From positions 230,971-294,970 of the forward strand of contig JBMNKF010000002.1 of the NCBI GenBank assembly GCA_050952065.1: a stretch of 64,000 nucleotides of DNA, written 5' to 3'. Within the stretch, counting starts at the first letter, position 1; each line of letters begins with the position of its first letter. The notes beneath the pieces were generated by a model that ran no database searches, was not told the DNA's origin, and worked only from the letters and a program-made list of their open reading frames with translations. This document shows, one piece after another, positions 45,337 through 56,146 of this stretch. Origin of the DNA: Bacillota bacterium (GTDB lineage: Bacteria > Bacillota > Sulfobacillia > Fermentithermobacillales > Fermentithermobacillaceae). A program made the translations under genes and the position numbers.

Positions 45337-46310
45337 GTCAAGAATCCGAGTGCAAACGAGTTCTCTTGTCTCACGGCGATGGTGGTGTCATGACCGGCAG
45401 GCTTGTGAGAGAGATCTTCGTATCACAATTGGGTAACCCGTTCCTTTCCCAGATGGATGATGCTACCCGTCTGCATGTGGAGCAAGGGGATTTGCTGTTC
45501 ACCACAGATTCTTTTGTGGTGGATCCCATGTTTTTTCCCGGTGGCGACATAGGAAAACTGGCCATATGCGGAACAGCCAACGATCTGTGGGTTGCCGGTG
45601 CGATACCGAAGTTCTTTTCGGTCGGCTTCATCATAGAGGAAGGGACTCTTGTGGATGACTTGGCCAAGATCGCCCGGTCTATGGCTCGAGAAGCGGCCAA
45701 AGCCGGGATAATGGTGGTTGCGGGAGACACCAAAGTGGTTCCCAGGGGCAAGGGCGACGGTGTGTTCATTAACACTTCAGGTATAGGCATACTTCCTTTA
45801 GATAGACGTATGAGTAGACGGACGCTTCCCGGTGACAGAGTAGTTGTGTCGGGCACCATAGGCGAGCACGGCTTGGTCATACTGGCTCATAGGCTGGGCA
45901 TTCCCCTAGGCGATCTTACGTCAGACTGCGGCCTCGTAGGTCACGATGTGGATGCGTTGCTTTCGAGCGGCGTCAGAGTGACCATGATGCGGGATCCTAC
46001 CAGAGGCGGGGTGGGGTCAGTGTTGAAAGAAGTGGCAGTCGCCTCGGGTTGTGATGTCCTGGTTCACGAGGACCTAGTGCCTGTGAAGGATAGTGCTCGG
46101 GACATTGCAGACCTCTTGGGTGTAGACCCACTGTACCTTCCGTGTGAGGGAAGGGTTGTGGCTTTTGTGGGTCCGGGAGAGATTCCCTCAGGGTGGACCG
46201 TGATAGGCGAAGTCCGTCAAGGTAAAGGCGACGTCTTCCTCCAAACAGGTTACGGGGGTGTACGCAGGCTCGGATTGTTTGAGGGCATGCCACTGCCGCG
46301 CATCTGTTGA
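45333..46310 (+). CDS. hypE: Hydrogenase maturation carbamoyl dehydratase HypE
   Basis: PurM-like fold. Ends with the diagnostic C-terminal PRIC. The start overlaps the hypD stop (atga). Confidence 0.9.
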   Translation: MSQESECKRVLLSHGDGGVMTGRLVREIFVSQLGNPFLSQMDDATRLHVEQGDLLFTTDSFVVDPMFFPGGDIGKLAICGTANDLWVAGAIPKFFSVGFIIEEGTLVDDLAKIARSMAREAAKAGIMVVAGDTKVVPRGKGDGVFINTSGIGILPLDRRMSRRTLPGDRVVVSGTIGEHGLVILAHRLGIPLGDLTSDCGLVGHDVDALLSSGVRVTMMRDPTRGGVGSVLKEVAVASGCDVLVHEDLVPVKDSARDIADLLGVDPLYLPCEGRVVAFVGPGEIPSGWTVIGEVRQGKGDVFLQTGYGGVRRLGLFEGMPLPRIC

Positions 46311-46366
46311 GTCTCCTCATCTACCGGTTAAGCCGTTGACATCGTACCGACCGGAAAGCCCCGTGA

Positions 46367-46395
46367 TTGTACCCCCCGGCCAAAAGTGGTATTAT
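46367..46395 (+). promoter_or_regulatory. Putative extended -10 promoter downstream of hypE
   Basis: TTGTAC-17-(TGg)TATTAT. Confidence 0.4.
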
Positions 46396-46447
46396 GGCTC
46401 GGCTCGATCGTAGAACTAGGATTTTCGTCTATCATTGCGGCTAAAAG

Positions 46448-46777
46448 GTGTTTCAGTTCGTGACTATTCTTTCTGCGGAGTTCGGCGTCATACTTCTTCC
46501 GCTCTTGGGAGCGGTCCTAGTGGAATTCACCCTAGGTGTAAGTAGCCCTTTTTCGTGGTTACTCATAGGCGTTCAAAGTCGGTTTGTTCACGCCGCATCT
46601 GAAAATGCTGAGATCATATCGCCCCTGTACTTGATGGAAGAGACCTTCGTCGGACCGGCGTTTCTCCTGTCGGCTCTCGTGTTGGCCATAGGGGGTGTTA
46701 TAGTGTGGGGCGTCGAAAACGGTAGAATCTGTGGTGTCGAACTGCTGACCAAGGATCCGCGTGTCCACCGCCCATAG
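46448..46777 (+). CDS. Hypothetical small membrane protein (3 predicted TM segments)
   Basis: 109-aa ORF. Hydrophobic stretches FGVILLPLLGAVLVEF and AFLLSALVLAIGGVIVWGV. Weak RBS. No family recognised. Confidence 0.3.
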   Translation: MFQFVTILSAEFGVILLPLLGAVLVEFTLGVSSPFSWLLIGVQSRFVHAASENAEIISPLYLMEETFVGPAFLLSALVLAIGGVIVWGVENGRICGVELLTKDPRVHRP

Positions 46778-46873
46778 GCGATTCGACCGGTTGGCGTTCC
46801 GGAGAAATGTGCACGGTTTCCTGTCTGTCGGAGACTCCCTGTAATAGGGGTGTTTTTCTGAAAGAGTCATACA

Positions 46874-46902
46874 TTGACACGCAATTGGCTGGGTGCTAAA
46901 CT
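46874..46902 (+). promoter_or_regulatory. Putative sigma-A promoter of the L7Ae-rpsL-rpsG-fusA-tuf (str) operon
   Basis: TTGACA-17-TAAACT, about 60 nt upstream of the L7Ae start. Confidence 0.45.
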
Positions 46903-46960
46903 CATAAAGCGTGTTTTTTGGCTGGCGCAGGAGGGACTGGAGTTGGAGTTCGACCCAACC

Positions 46961-47230
46961 ATGAGTAGAGATGCCAGGAAGCGGTTTCGTCAAAGCCGTG
47001 TGGTTGGGGCAAAGGCCGTTCAAAGGGCTTTGACTTCGGGTATTGTTGAGAAAGTGTTTGTGGCTAAGAACGCCGACGAGCGTGTAGTACGAGGCGTATT
47101 GGAACTGTGTAAGAAACAGGGGATTCCCGTCGTGTACTCTGGGACCACTGAGGAACTGGGCAAATCCTGTGGTTTGCGAGTTGGTGCCGCGGCCTATGCC
47201 GTTCTTAAGTCTTTGGAGACAGATCAATAG
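46961..47230 (+). CDS. Ribosomal protein L7Ae-like (YbxF/RplGB family, K-turn binding)
   Basis: GAKAVQRALTSGIVEKVFVAKNADERV...GKSCGLRVGAAAYAVL aligns with B. subtilis YbxF. The longer 46874 start overlaps the promoter. Confidence 0.8.
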   Translation: MSRDARKRFRQSRVVGAKAVQRALTSGIVEKVFVAKNADERVVRGVLELCKKQGIPVVYSGTTEELGKSCGLRVGAAAYAVLKSLETDQ

Positions 47231-47337
47231 ATGGATTGGGCAATTAGATGCGCGACACATGTGGCAAAGCGCAAATAGCAGATACGAAGAAGGTAAAGGA
47301 ATGACACAGAATAATCACGTGAATAGGAGGTGTTGAG

Positions 47338-47712
47338 TTGCCTACGATTAACCAGCTGGTCCGTCAGGGCAGGAATAAGGTGGAAGAAAGGTCGAAGTCC
47401 CGTGCTTTGAGAGGCAACCCTTTCAAGCGGGGAGTATGCACTGTCGTGCGGACCACGCAACCTAAGAAACCCAACTCGGCTCTGCGGAAAATCGCTCGTG
47501 TGCGTCTGGTAAACGGCATCGAGGTCACCGCGTATATTCCTGGAATTGGGCACAATTTGCAGGAGCACTCCGTGGTCTTGGTGCGTGGCGGACGTGTCAG
47601 GGATCTTCCGGGCGTCAGATACCATATTGTTAGAGGAACTCTCGATGCGGCAGGTGTCGCTGACAGAAAGCAGGGCCGTTCACTGTATGGCGCCAAGAAG
47701 CCCAAGAAGTAA
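47338..47712 (+). CDS. rpsL: 30S ribosomal protein S12
   Basis: TTG start with RBS ggagg. [11 protein letters not shown]...KPNSALRK. Confidence 0.95.
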   Translation: MPTINQLVRQGRNKVEERSKSRALRGNPFKRGVCTVVRTTQPKKPNSALRKIARVRLVNGIEVTAYIPGIGHNLQEHSVVLVRGGRVRDLPGVRYHIVRGTLDAAGVADRKQGRSLYGAKKPKK

Positions 47713-47733
47713 ACCTTTCGGAGGAATGATCTA

Positions 47734-48204
47734 ATGCCGAGAAGAGCTGGAGCACCGGCAAGAAAGTGGACGCCAGATCCTAGGTACAATTCGGTTCTAG
47801 TGGCCCGCCTCACCAACAAACTAATGCAGGACGGCGAAAAGGCCGTGGCACGCAGGATAATGTACGGTGCCATGGATATCATCCGAGAGAAGACGGGTAA
47901 GGATCCTCTGGAAGTGGTTGATCAGGCCATCAAGAATACCATGCCAGTCTTGGAAGTGCGTCCTCGCCGCGTGGGCGGCGCCACCTACCAGGTTCCGGTT
48001 GAGGTTAGGAATGACAGAAGACTCTCTCTTGCGATCCGTTGGTTGATCGATTTTGCCAGAGCCAGAAGCGAACGGGGCATGGAAAGCAAGGTCGCAGGAG
48101 AGATCCTTGACGCCGCCAACAATACCGGCACTAGCGTCCGGAGAAAAGAAGAAATGCACCGCATGGCGGAGGCTAACAGGGCGTTCGCCCATTACAGATG
48201 GTGA
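47734..48204 (+). CDS. rpsG: 30S ribosomal protein S7
   Basis: [28 protein letters not shown]... Confidence 0.95.
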   Translation: MPRRAGAPARKWTPDPRYNSVLVARLTNKLMQDGEKAVARRIMYGAMDIIREKTGKDPLEVVDQAIKNTMPVLEVRPRRVGGATYQVPVEVRNDRRLSLAIRWLIDFARARSERGMESKVAGEILDAANNTGTSVRRKEEMHRMAEANRAFAHYRW

Positions 48205-48248
48205 CAAAACAAGACCTTTGGGGATTGACCTAGAAAGGAGGGAATTCG

Positions 48249-50339
48249 ATGCCGCGAACTTTTCCGCTCGACAAGATAAGGAATATCGGAATTATGGCTC
48301 ACATTGATGCCGGGAAGACCACAACAACCGAGCGGATCTTGTTTTACACAGGCAAAGTCCATCGTATGGGTGAGGTAGACGAAGGGTCGGCAACCATGGA
48401 TTGGATGGTGCAAGAACAAGAGAGAGGAATAACCATCACGTCTGCCGCTACCACATGTCACTGGAGAGACTGTCGGATAAACATTATAGACACTCCAGGA
48501 CACGTTGACTTTACCGCTGAGGTTGAGCGCAGTTTGAGGGTACTTGATGGGGCTGTAGCCATCTTCTGCGCTAAAGGCGGCGTCGAACCCCAATCGGAAA
48601 CGGTCTGGCATCAGGCCGATAGGTACAGTATCCCCAGGATTGCGTACGTCAACAAGATGGATGCCGTTGGAGCCGACTTCTACCGCACGGTGGCGATGAT
48701 AGAAGACAGACTGGGCGCAAACCCGGTCGTAGTGGTGCTCCCCATAGGAGCCCAGGAGCAGTTCTTGGGATTCATAGACGTCATATACATGAAGGCTTTC
48801 TATTGGGGCGAGGACGAACTGGGGACTACCGTCAACGAAGGCCCCTTGCCCGACGGCATGCGCGATGTGTTGGACGACTACCGCGAGAGACTTATCTCGA
48901 GCGCCTCTGATTTCGATGACACTATCCTTGAAGCTTACGTTGGAGGCCAGGAAGTCTCGGCGGAGGCCCTAATAAACGCTTTGCGCAAGGGGACTCTCGC
49001 CAATAAGATTGTGCCGGTGTTTTGTGGGTCTTCTCTGAGGAATAAGGGAGTACAGAGGGTTCTGGACGGCGTCGTGGATTTCTTGCCGTCGCCTTTGGAT
49101 ATTCCCCCAGTTGAAGGCACGAGCCCATCGGGAGATAAGAAACTCGTGCGTCAAGTCTCTGACCAGGAGCCTTTCTCTGCCCTTGCCTTCAAGGTCACAA
49201 CCGACCCATTTGTGGGGAAGTTGACATACTTCAGGGTCTACTCGGGCTCTCTGAAGGTGAGGTCATACGTTTACAACTCCACTAAAGGAAAGATGGAGCG
49301 GATCCAAAGACTCTTGCTCATGCACGCCAATCACCGAGAAGATGTGGAAGCGGTTGTTACAGGCGATATTGCAGCTACGGTAGCCATGAAGCTCACTACT
49401 ACGGGAGATACCCTCTGTGACGAGAAGCATCCGATCGTTCTGGAGAGCATCCAGTTCCCAGAGCCTGTAATCCGCATGGCCATCGAGCCTGAGACCAGGG
49501 CCGATCAGGACCGATTGTCCCTGGCAATGGTGAAACTTGCCGAGGAAGATCCAACTTTCACCTATCGGATCGACGAAGAGACGGGCCAAACCATCATTGC
49601 GGGCATGGGTGAGTTGCACCTGGAGATAATCGCCGACAGGCTACTTAGGGAGTTTACAGTAAAGGCTAAGGTTGGTCGTCCCCAGGTTGCTTACAGGGAG
49701 AGCGTATTGGCAGCTGCAGATGGCGAAGGCCGATACGTGCGGCAGACCGGAGGCAAGGGCCAGTATGGGCACGTCAAGATCCGGGTTGAGCCTTTAGACA
49801 GGGGAGCTGGGTTCGTGTTTGTGGATGCCGTTAAGGGCGGGGCCATCCCTCAAGAGCTCATCCCGGCAGTGGAATCAGGCGTGAAAGAAGCCCTGCAAAC
49901 CGGAGTGGTAGCCGGTAACCCAGTGGTGGACATCAAAGTCACCCTTTTGGATGGCTCTTATCACGAGGTTGACTCATCGGAATTGGCCTTCAAGGTCGCA
50001 GGTTCTATGGCTACAAAGGATGCTCTTTCTAAGGCCGGTAGCGTCCTATTGGAGCCCGTGATGAAAGTGGAGATAGCCACACCTCCCGACTATCTTGGAG
50101 ATGTCTTGGCTGACCTCAGTAGCAGAAGGGGTCAAGTTCAGGGCATGGAGAACAGAGACACATATCAGCTGATTACGGGAGAAGTGCCACTCTCAGCTAT
50201 GTTCGGATACGCTACTGATCTGAGGTCAAGAACCCAGGGACGCGGCACCTATACTATGCAGTTCGGAAGGTATGATGTGGTCCCACCCGCTGAAGCGGAT
50301 AAGATAGTTGCCCGGTATCTCGGGCGGCCTGTGGGTTAG
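48249..50339 (+). CDS. fusA: Elongation factor G (canonical)
   Basis: [32 protein letters not shown]. 696 aa, in the str operon. Confidence 0.95.
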   Translation: MPRTFPLDKIRNIGIMAHIDAGKTTTTERILFYTGKVHRMGEVDEGSATMDWMVQEQERGITITSAATTCHWRDCRINIIDTPGHVDFTAEVERSLRVLDGAVAIFCAKGGVEPQSETVWHQADRYSIPRIAYVNKMDAVGADFYRTVAMIEDRLGANPVVVVLPIGAQEQFLGFIDVIYMKAFYWGEDELGTTVNEGPLPDGMRDVLDDYRERLISSASDFDDTILEAYVGGQEVSAEALINALRKGTLANKIVPVFCGSSLRNKGVQRVLDGVVDFLPSPLDIPPVEGTSPSGDKKLVRQVSDQEPFSALAFKVTTDPFVGKLTYFRVYSGSLKVRSYVYNSTKGKMERIQRLLLMHANHREDVEAVVTGDIAATVAMKLTTTGDTLCDEKHPIVLESIQFPEPVIRMAIEPETRADQDRLSLAMVKLAEEDPTFTYRIDEETGQTIIAGMGELHLEIIADRLLREFTVKAKVGRPQVAYRESVLAAADGEGRYVRQTGGKGQYGHVKIRVEPLDRGAGFVFVDAVKGGAIPQELIPAVESGVKEALQTGVVAGNPVVDIKVTLLDGSYHEVDSSELAFKVAGSMATKDALSKAGSVLLEPVMKVEIATPPDYLGDVLADLSSRRGQVQGMENRDTYQLITGEVPLSAMFGYATDLRSRTQGRGTYTMQFGRYDVVPPAEADKIVARYLGRPVG

Positions 50340-50387
50340 GAAACACTAGTTGGTTGTTTGAACCAGCAAAGGAGGATAAGGCAACAA

Positions 50388-51590
50388 ATGGCCAAGAAGA
50401 AGTTCGAACGGACGAAACCCCACGTTAACGTCGGCACAATAGGACATATTGACCACGGGAAGACGACGCTGACCGCGGCAATAACTAAGGTATTGGCTGC
50501 GAGAGGTGGGGCGGAATTCACTCCATTCGACAAGATTGACAAGGCTCCTGAGGAGAAAGCAAGGGGCATCACCATTTCGGCTTCACACGTTGAGTATGAG
50601 ACGGAAAACAGGCACTACGCTCACGTCGACTGCCCGGGACACGCAGACTACATCAAGAACATGATCACAGGCGCGGCTCAGATGGACGGAGCCATTCTTG
50701 TGGTATCTGCGGCGGACGGGACTATGCCGCAGACGAGAGAGCACGTTCTATTGGCCAGGCAGGTTGGAGTTCCGGCGATGGTAGTGTTTCTCAACAAGGT
50801 TGACTTGGTGGACGACGAAGAGCTGCTGGAGATCAGCGAGCTTGAGGTAAGGGATCTTCTTTCCAAGTACAGTTTTCCGGGAGACGATGTACCGATGGTG
50901 AGGGGCTCCGCGCTCAAGGCTCTGGAGTGCGGTTGCGGCGATCCTGAATGCCCGTGGTGCGGCGGTATTCTCAAACTCATGGATGCGGTGGACAATTATA
51001 TACCCACTCCTGAAAGGGCAATCGATAAGCCGTTTCTTCTGTCGGTGGAAGACGTGTTCACAATTACGGGTCGCGGCACTGTTGCTACGGGAAGGATCGA
51101 GCGAGGAGTCGTCAAGGTTGGCGACACGGTGGAGATTGTTGGATTGTCGGACCGAGCGAGGTCAACGGTCGTGACAGGAGTGGAGATGTTCAGGAAGATA
51201 CTCGACCGAGGCGAGGCAGGAGACAACGTAGGGTGCTTGCTTCGAGGGATAGCGAAGAACGAAATCGAGCGAGGGCAGGTATTGGCGAAACCTGGCAGCA
51301 TCAAGCCGTACACCAAGTTTGAGGCTCAGATTTACGTTCTATCGAAAGAAGAGGGAGGGCGTCACACGGCGTTCTTCACAGGATACAGGCCTCAGTTCTA
51401 TTTCAGGACCACCGATGTTACGGGCACTGTGATTCTGCCTGAAGGGGTGGAGATGGTAATGCCCGGGGACAACGTGAAGATAAGGGGCGAACTGATACAG
51501 CCCATCGCCATGGAAGAGGGACTAAGGTTCGCTATTCGCGAAGGCGGACGGACTGTGGCCTCAGGAGTGATAACCAAGATCGAGGGGTGA
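50388..51590 (+). CDS. tuf: Elongation factor Tu (copy 2, str-operon copy)
   Basis: ATG start. Protein identical to copy 1 except the C-terminus ...VITKIEG. The longer 50358 ORF start is rejected. Confidence 0.95.
   Translation: MAKKKFERTKPHVNVGTIGHIDHGKTTLTAAITKVLAARGGAEFTPFDKIDKAPEEKARGITISASHVEYETENRHYAHVDCPGHADYIKNMITGAAQMDGAILVVSAADGTMPQTREHVLLARQVGVPAMVVFLNKVDLVDDEELLEISELEVRDLLSKYSFPGDDVPMVRGSALKALECGCGDPECPWCGGILKLMDAVDNYIPTPERAIDKPFLLSVEDVFTITGRGTVATGRIERGVVKVGDTVEIVGLSDRARSTVVTGVEMFRKILDRGEAGDNVGCLLRGIAKNEIERGQVLAKPGSIKPYTKFEAQIYVLSKEEGGRHTAFFTGYRPQFYFRTTDVTGTVILPEGVEMVMPGDNVKIRGELIQPIAMEEGLRFAIREGGRTVASGVITKIEG
50389..51581 (+). repeat. Direct repeat copy B (identical to 25356-26548)
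   Basis: See copy A. The offset is 25,033 nt. Confidence 0.8.
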
Positions 51591-51595
51591 TTAGG

Positions 51596-51907
51596 TTGCG
51601 GAGGCAGAAGATTCGCGTCCGGCTCCGTGCCTTCGACCACGAAGTGCTGGATCAGTCTGCCAGCAGGATCGTGGAGACGGCCAAGAGAACAGGCGCTCTT
51701 ATCTCCGGGCCGGTCCCGCTTCCCACCGAGAGGAGCGTCTACACCATTTTGGTGGCACCAAACGGTGAGAAGGATATTAGGGAGCAGTTCGAGATGAGGA
51801 TTCACAAGCGCCTCATCGACATTATGGAACCGACAACAAAGACTATGGACGCTTTGACCAGGCTTGACCTGCCTGCAGGTGTAGATATTGAGATCAAGAG
51901 CGTGTGA
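51596..51907 (+). CDS. rpsJ: 30S ribosomal protein S10
   Basis: [36 protein letters not shown] start 7 nt after gagggg. The tuf stop is only 5 nt upstream. Confidence 0.9.
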   Translation: MRRQKIRVRLRAFDHEVLDQSASRIVETAKRTGALISGPVPLPTERSVYTILVAPNGEKDIREQFEMRIHKRLIDIMEPTTKTMDALTRLDLPAGVDIEIKSV

Positions 51908-51940
51908 TTCTTGCTTCATTGATGGAGGAGGTGTCCTGGC

Positions 51941-52561
51941 ATGAAGGCTATCCTCGGTAAGAAGATAGGGATGAGCCAGGTGTTTGATCAACAAGGGGAA
52001 CTCATACCCGTAACCGTCATTGAAGCCGGCCCATGCACCGTGGTGGAGAAAAGGACTTTGGACAGGGACGGATACCAAAGCGTGCAGATTGGGTTCGGCT
52101 TCGTCAAAGGACATAAGGTTTCCAAGCCTGTTGCGGGTCAGTTCAAGAAAAAGGGTATTGCGCCCCTCCGGCATTTGAAGGAGATAAGGGTAGGGTCCGA
52201 CGAGAAACTCGAAGTTGGAGACGAGGTCAAGGTGGACCTATTCAAACCTGGCGATGTGGTGGACATTACGGGAAGGTCCCGGGGGAAAGGGTTCGCCGGC
52301 GTGATCAAACGCTGGAACTTCCACCGCTCGTTCATGTCTCACGGCTCCAAGTACCACAGGGGCGTTGGCTCTCTTCAGGCGAGAGATGCCTCCAGGGTGT
52401 TTCCGGGTAGAAAGTTGCCTGGCCACATGGGAGACGAACGGGTGACAGTAAAAGGACTCAAGGTCGTAGGCGTGGATCCCGAGAAGAACTTACTCTTGGT
52501 TCACGGCGCGGTGCCGGGCGCAAGGGGATCTCTCGTGGTGGTCAAAGATGCTTCGAGATGA
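51941..52561 (+). CDS. rplC: 50S ribosomal protein L3
   Basis: MKAILGKKIGMSQVFDQQGELIPVTVIEAGPC... Confidence 0.95.
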   Translation: MKAILGKKIGMSQVFDQQGELIPVTVIEAGPCTVVEKRTLDRDGYQSVQIGFGFVKGHKVSKPVAGQFKKKGIAPLRHLKEIRVGSDEKLEVGDEVKVDLFKPGDVVDITGRSRGKGFAGVIKRWNFHRSFMSHGSKYHRGVGSLQARDASRVFPGRKLPGHMGDERVTVKGLKVVGVDPEKNLLLVHGAVPGARGSLVVVKDASR

Positions 52562-52592
52562 GGTAGCAGGCGAGGTTAAGGGAGGGATCCTC

Positions 52593-53216
52593 GTGCCCAA
52601 AGCACAGGTTTTCAGTTCAAAAGGAGAAAGACTTGGTGAGATGGGTCTCTCCGATGCGGTATTTGGCAAGGAACCCAATCGTGCCGTTATCAGAGCTGCT
52701 GTCTTGGCTCACCTGGCAGCCAGGAGACAAGGCACAGTGGCAGTGAAGACCAGATCTCAAGTGGCCGGAGGAGGACGAAAGCCCTGGCGTCAGAAGGGAC
52801 TTGGGCGAGCTCGGGCAGGGTCCACGAGATCCCCTATCTGGAGGCACGGCGGCGTCGCCTTTGGCCCGCAGTCTCGTGATTACACTTGGGCTTTGCCCAA
52901 ACGGGTTAAGAGGCTGGCGTTGGTTTCCGCCCTATCGGCAAAGGCGTCGAACGGGAGAGTCATTGTTCTAAAGGAGCTTTCTATGGAAGCGCCCAAGACA
53001 AAGGACCTCTATAGGCTGCTGGCAAGCCTCGGGGTAGAGAAGAGCGCCCTCATAGTCACAGGCGACAATGAACCCAACGTGGTGCTGTCGTCTCGGAATA
53101 TTCCCGGTGTTGAAGTCACCACATCCAGGGAAATAAGCACGTACCAGGCCATGGCCAAGAAGCATATTGTCATGACCGAAGATGCGGTGAAGAAACTGGA
53201 GGAGGCCTTGTCATGA
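52593..53216 (+). CDS. rplD: 50S ribosomal protein L4
   Basis: GTG start after gggaggg. VPKAQVFSSKGERLGEM...GGGRKPWRQKGLGRAR. The 52548 start overlaps rplC. Confidence 0.9.
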   Translation: MPKAQVFSSKGERLGEMGLSDAVFGKEPNRAVIRAAVLAHLAARRQGTVAVKTRSQVAGGGRKPWRQKGLGRARAGSTRSPIWRHGGVAFGPQSRDYTWALPKRVKRLALVSALSAKASNGRVIVLKELSMEAPKTKDLYRLLASLGVEKSALIVTGDNEPNVVLSSRNIPGVEVTTSREISTYQAMAKKHIVMTEDAVKKLEEALS

Positions 53217-53503
53217 ACCTTACGGCGAGAGACATTATTATCCTGCCTCTGATCACAGAAAAGACCAACGCCGCCATGGAACGGGGGACGTACTCCTTCA
53301 GGGTCCATCCCAAGGCCACAAAGGCAGATGTGCACAACGCCATAGAGGAGATCTTCAAAGTTCGGGTAGTCAAGGTCAACACCATGAACATCAAAGGAAA
53401 GCCGCGGAGGCTGGGGATGCGCCGGGGACGTACCCGTAACTGGAAAAAAGCCATTGTGACTTTGGCGCCTGGCCAGAAAATCCCGTTCTTTGAGGGCGCT
53501 TAA
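53213..53503 (+). CDS. rplW: 50S ribosomal protein L23
   Basis: DIIILPLITEKT...YSFRVHPKATKADV. Confidence 0.9.
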   Translation: MNLTARDIIILPLITEKTNAAMERGTYSFRVHPKATKADVHNAIEEIFKVRVVKVNTMNIKGKPRRLGMRRGRTRNWKKAIVTLAPGQKIPFFEGA

Positions 53504-53513
53504 GTAGGAGGGA

Positions 53514-54347
53514 ATGCAGTTGCCGGTTAAGGAGTTAAAGCCAACGTCACCTGGCAGGCGTGGAACGGTTCCCGCTTCTTTCGAGAACCTAACCAAGAAA
53601 CCGCCGGAGAAATCTCTGACGTTTTCCAAAAAGAAGTTTTCGGGAAGAGACTCCAGCGGGAAGGTCGCGGTCCGTCATAGGGGCGGCGGCTCCAAGAGAA
53701 TAGTCAGGATAGTGGATTTTAAGCGGGACAAAGACGGCATTCCTGCCAGAGTGACTGCCATAGAGTATGACCCGGGACGGTCTGCCCGGATAGCTCTTCT
53801 TGCGTACGCTGACGGCGAGAAGCGCTACATTGTGGCTCCTGATGGTCTGGCAGTTGACGATTTCGTCATGTCGGGGCCCGATGCCGACATAAAAGTGGGA
53901 AATGCTTTACCTCTTGACAACATTCCTACGGGCACTCACGTTCACAACGTCGAGCTTGTGCCAGGGAAAGGCGGTCAATTGGCAAGAGCGGCAGGTGCGG
54001 AAGTTCAGCTCATGGCAAAAGAAGGCGGGTTTGCGCTTCTTCGCCTAGCCTCAGGCGAACAAAGAAGAGTGCCCGTGATGTGCAGGGCTACCGTTGGTCA
54101 GGTTGGCAACGTCGAACACGAGAACATCTCTCTAGGCAAGGCGGGCGCCACCCGGCACAGGGGCCGAAGACCGAAGGTTCGCGGAGTTGTCATGAACGCT
54201 AAAGATCACCCCCATGGTGGCGGAGAAGGCAAGTCGCCTATCGGCCTTCCGGGGCCGCTTACTCCCTGGGGCAAACCCACTTTGGGCCATAGGACTAGGA
54301 AGAAGAACAAGGCGTCTAACAAACTGATTGTGAAGCGCAGGAAGTAA
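53514..54347 (+). CDS. rplB: 50S ribosomal protein L2
   Basis: KPTSPGRRG...[22 protein letters not shown]...HPHGGGEGK. Confidence 0.95.
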   Translation: MQLPVKELKPTSPGRRGTVPASFENLTKKPPEKSLTFSKKKFSGRDSSGKVAVRHRGGGSKRIVRIVDFKRDKDGIPARVTAIEYDPGRSARIALLAYADGEKRYIVAPDGLAVDDFVMSGPDADIKVGNALPLDNIPTGTHVHNVELVPGKGGQLARAAGAEVQLMAKEGGFALLRLASGEQRRVPVMCRATVGQVGNVEHENISLGKAGATRHRGRRPKVRGVVMNAKDHPHGGGEGKSPIGLPGPLTPWGKPTLGHRTRKKNKASNKLIVKRRK

Positions 54348-54371
54348 CCAAAAAGGAAGGAGGGGGCGATT

Positions 54372-54656
54372 GTGAGCCGGTCATCCAAGAAGGGGCCTTA
54401 TGTAGACGAGAAGCTTCTGGCAAAAATCCGGGCTCTGAACTCGAAGAACGAAAAGAGAGTCATCCGGACTTGGGCTAGAGACTGCACCATAGTCCCCGAG
54501 ATGCTGGGGCACACCATAGCGGTTCACGACGGCAGAAAACACGTCCCTGTGTATATTACCGAAGACGCGGTTGGCCATAAATTGGGCGAATTCGCTCCCA
54601 CACGCACATTTAGAGGCCACGGAGCGCACACTGCGCGTTCGACCGCGCTAAAGTAA
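54372..54656 (+). CDS. rpsS: 30S ribosomal protein S19
   Basis: [16 protein letters not shown]...[37 protein letters not shown]. Confidence 0.95.
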   Translation: MSRSSKKGPYVDEKLLAKIRALNSKNEKRVIRTWARDCTIVPEMLGHTIAVHDGRKHVPVYITEDAVGHKLGEFAPTRTFRGHGAHTARSTALK

Positions 54657-54668
54657 GGGGGTTATCCG

Positions 54669-55010
54669 TTGGAGGCCAAAGCTATAGTGAAGTATGTAAG
54701 GATATCCCCTTCAAAGGTACGCATAGTTGCAGATCTAGTGCGGGGGAAACCGATTAGGGAAGCGCTGGCCATATTAAAGCATACGCCCAAGAGGGCCAGT
54801 CGTGTGATTGAGAAAGCGATCAACTCGGCTGCGTCCAACGCTGAGAACAACCTAGAGATGGATAAGGACGCTCTCTTGGTTTCGGAGATCTACGTGGATA
54901 AGGGCCCGACAATGAAAAGGTACCATCCTCGCCAAAGAGGCCAGGCATTCTCGATCCTCAAGAGATCGTCACATGTTACGGTCGTAGTTAGAGAAAGAGA
55001 GGAGGGCTAA
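54669..55010 (+). CDS. rplV: 50S ribosomal protein L22
   Basis: [27 protein letters not shown]... Confidence 0.95.
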   Translation: MEAKAIVKYVRISPSKVRIVADLVRGKPIREALAILKHTPKRASRVIEKAINSAASNAENNLEMDKDALLVSEIYVDKGPTMKRYHPRQRGQAFSILKRSSHVTVVVREREEG

Positions 55011-55012
55011 CC

Positions 55013-55678
55013 TTGGGACAGAAGGTTCATCCGAAAGGATTTCGCCTTGGTGTCATCTATGATTGGGATTCCCGCTGGTTTGCCCGAAAGGACTTTCCTG
55101 AACTTCTCAAAGAAGACCAGATGATAAGGGAGTACATCAAGAAGAAACTGCCTCTTGCCGGGGTTTCGAGGGTCGAGATAGAGAGAAAGCCCCAGGAGGC
55201 CACGATCACGGTTCACGCCGCCAAGCCCGGTATGGTAATCGGAAGGGGCGGCACCGGAATCGAAGCCTTGCGAAGAGAGTTGGCCGAGAAGACCGAGAAG
55301 AGGATCATTCTTCACGCGGTAGAGGTTAAGAGGCCTGAGATCGACGCGCAGCTTGTGGCCGAGAACATTGCCGAGTCCATTGAGAGAAGGGTTTCCTACA
55401 GAAGGGCAATGAGACAGGCCATGTTCAGGGCTATGAGAGGCGGTGCCAAAGGTATCAGGCTCAAGGTTTCGGGGCGTCTAGGTGGGGCCGAGATCGCCAG
55501 GCGCGAGAGAGCTGGCGAAGGTACAGTCCCCCTCCACACCCTAAGGGCCGATGTAGATTACGGGTTCGCGGAAGCGCACACAACATATGGGCGCATCGGG
55601 ATCAAAGTGTGGATCTACAAAGGCGATATCCTTCCAACTAGGGCCCAAAGGCCCGCTGTGGCCGAGGGAGGGAAGTAG
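55013..55678 (+). CDS. rpsC: 30S ribosomal protein S3
   Basis: [26 protein letters not shown] domain. Confidence 0.95.
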   Translation: MGQKVHPKGFRLGVIYDWDSRWFARKDFPELLKEDQMIREYIKKKLPLAGVSRVEIERKPQEATITVHAAKPGMVIGRGGTGIEALRRELAEKTEKRIILHAVEVKRPEIDAQLVAENIAESIERRVSYRRAMRQAMFRAMRGGAKGIRLKVSGRLGGAEIARRERAGEGTVPLHTLRADVDYGFAEAHTTYGRIGIKVWIYKGDILPTRAQRPAVAEGGK

Positions 55679-55681
55679 ACA

Positions 55682-56146
55682 ATGTTGATGCCCAAGAGAT
55701 TCAAGTGGCGCAAACACCACCGGGGACAGATGGATGGAAAGGCCACCCGCGGCAACGAGGTATTCTACGGCGACTTCGGGCTCCAGTCTCTAGAGGCGGG
55801 ATGGATAACGGACAGGCAGATTGAAGCCGCGCGTGTAGCCCTTACCAGGTACATCAGGAGAGGCGGGAAGGTTTGGATCAGGATATTTCCCGATAAGCCG
55901 GTAACGAAGAAGCCTGCGGAGACTCGAATGGGTGGAGGAAAGGGCAACCCCGAATACTGGGTTGCAGTGGTGAAACCCGGCAGAATCTTGTTTGAGATAG
56001 CCGGAGTAGCCGAAGAAGACGCCCGGGAGGCTCTTCGACTGGCAGGGTCAAAACTTCCGGTTCTGACGAAGTTCCAAAAGCGGCGAGATGCAGTGGGAGA
56101 GCTACGGGAGAAGGCGGTGAGTGAAGATGAAGGCGCAGGAGATTAG
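55682..56146 (+). CDS. rplP: 50S ribosomal protein L16
   Basis: [24 protein letters not shown]... Confidence 0.95.
   Translation: MLMPKRFKWRKHHRGQMDGKATRGNEVFYGDFGLQSLEAGWITDRQIEAARVALTRYIRRGGKVWIRIFPDKPVTKKPAETRMGGGKGNPEYWVAVVKPGRILFEIAGVAEEDAREALRLAGSKLPVLTKFQKRRDAVGELREKAVSEDEGAGD

Noticed and set aside
46559-47260. 233-aa antisense ORF spanning the L7Ae gene and upstream leader
   Set aside because: L7Ae homology on the plus strand is strong. The antisense product has no recognisable features.
50358-50387. N-terminal [10 protein letters not shown] extension on tuf copy 2
   Set aside because: EF-Tu begins at [10 protein letters not shown]. The extension is fusA-tuf intergenic sequence containing the RBS ggagg.
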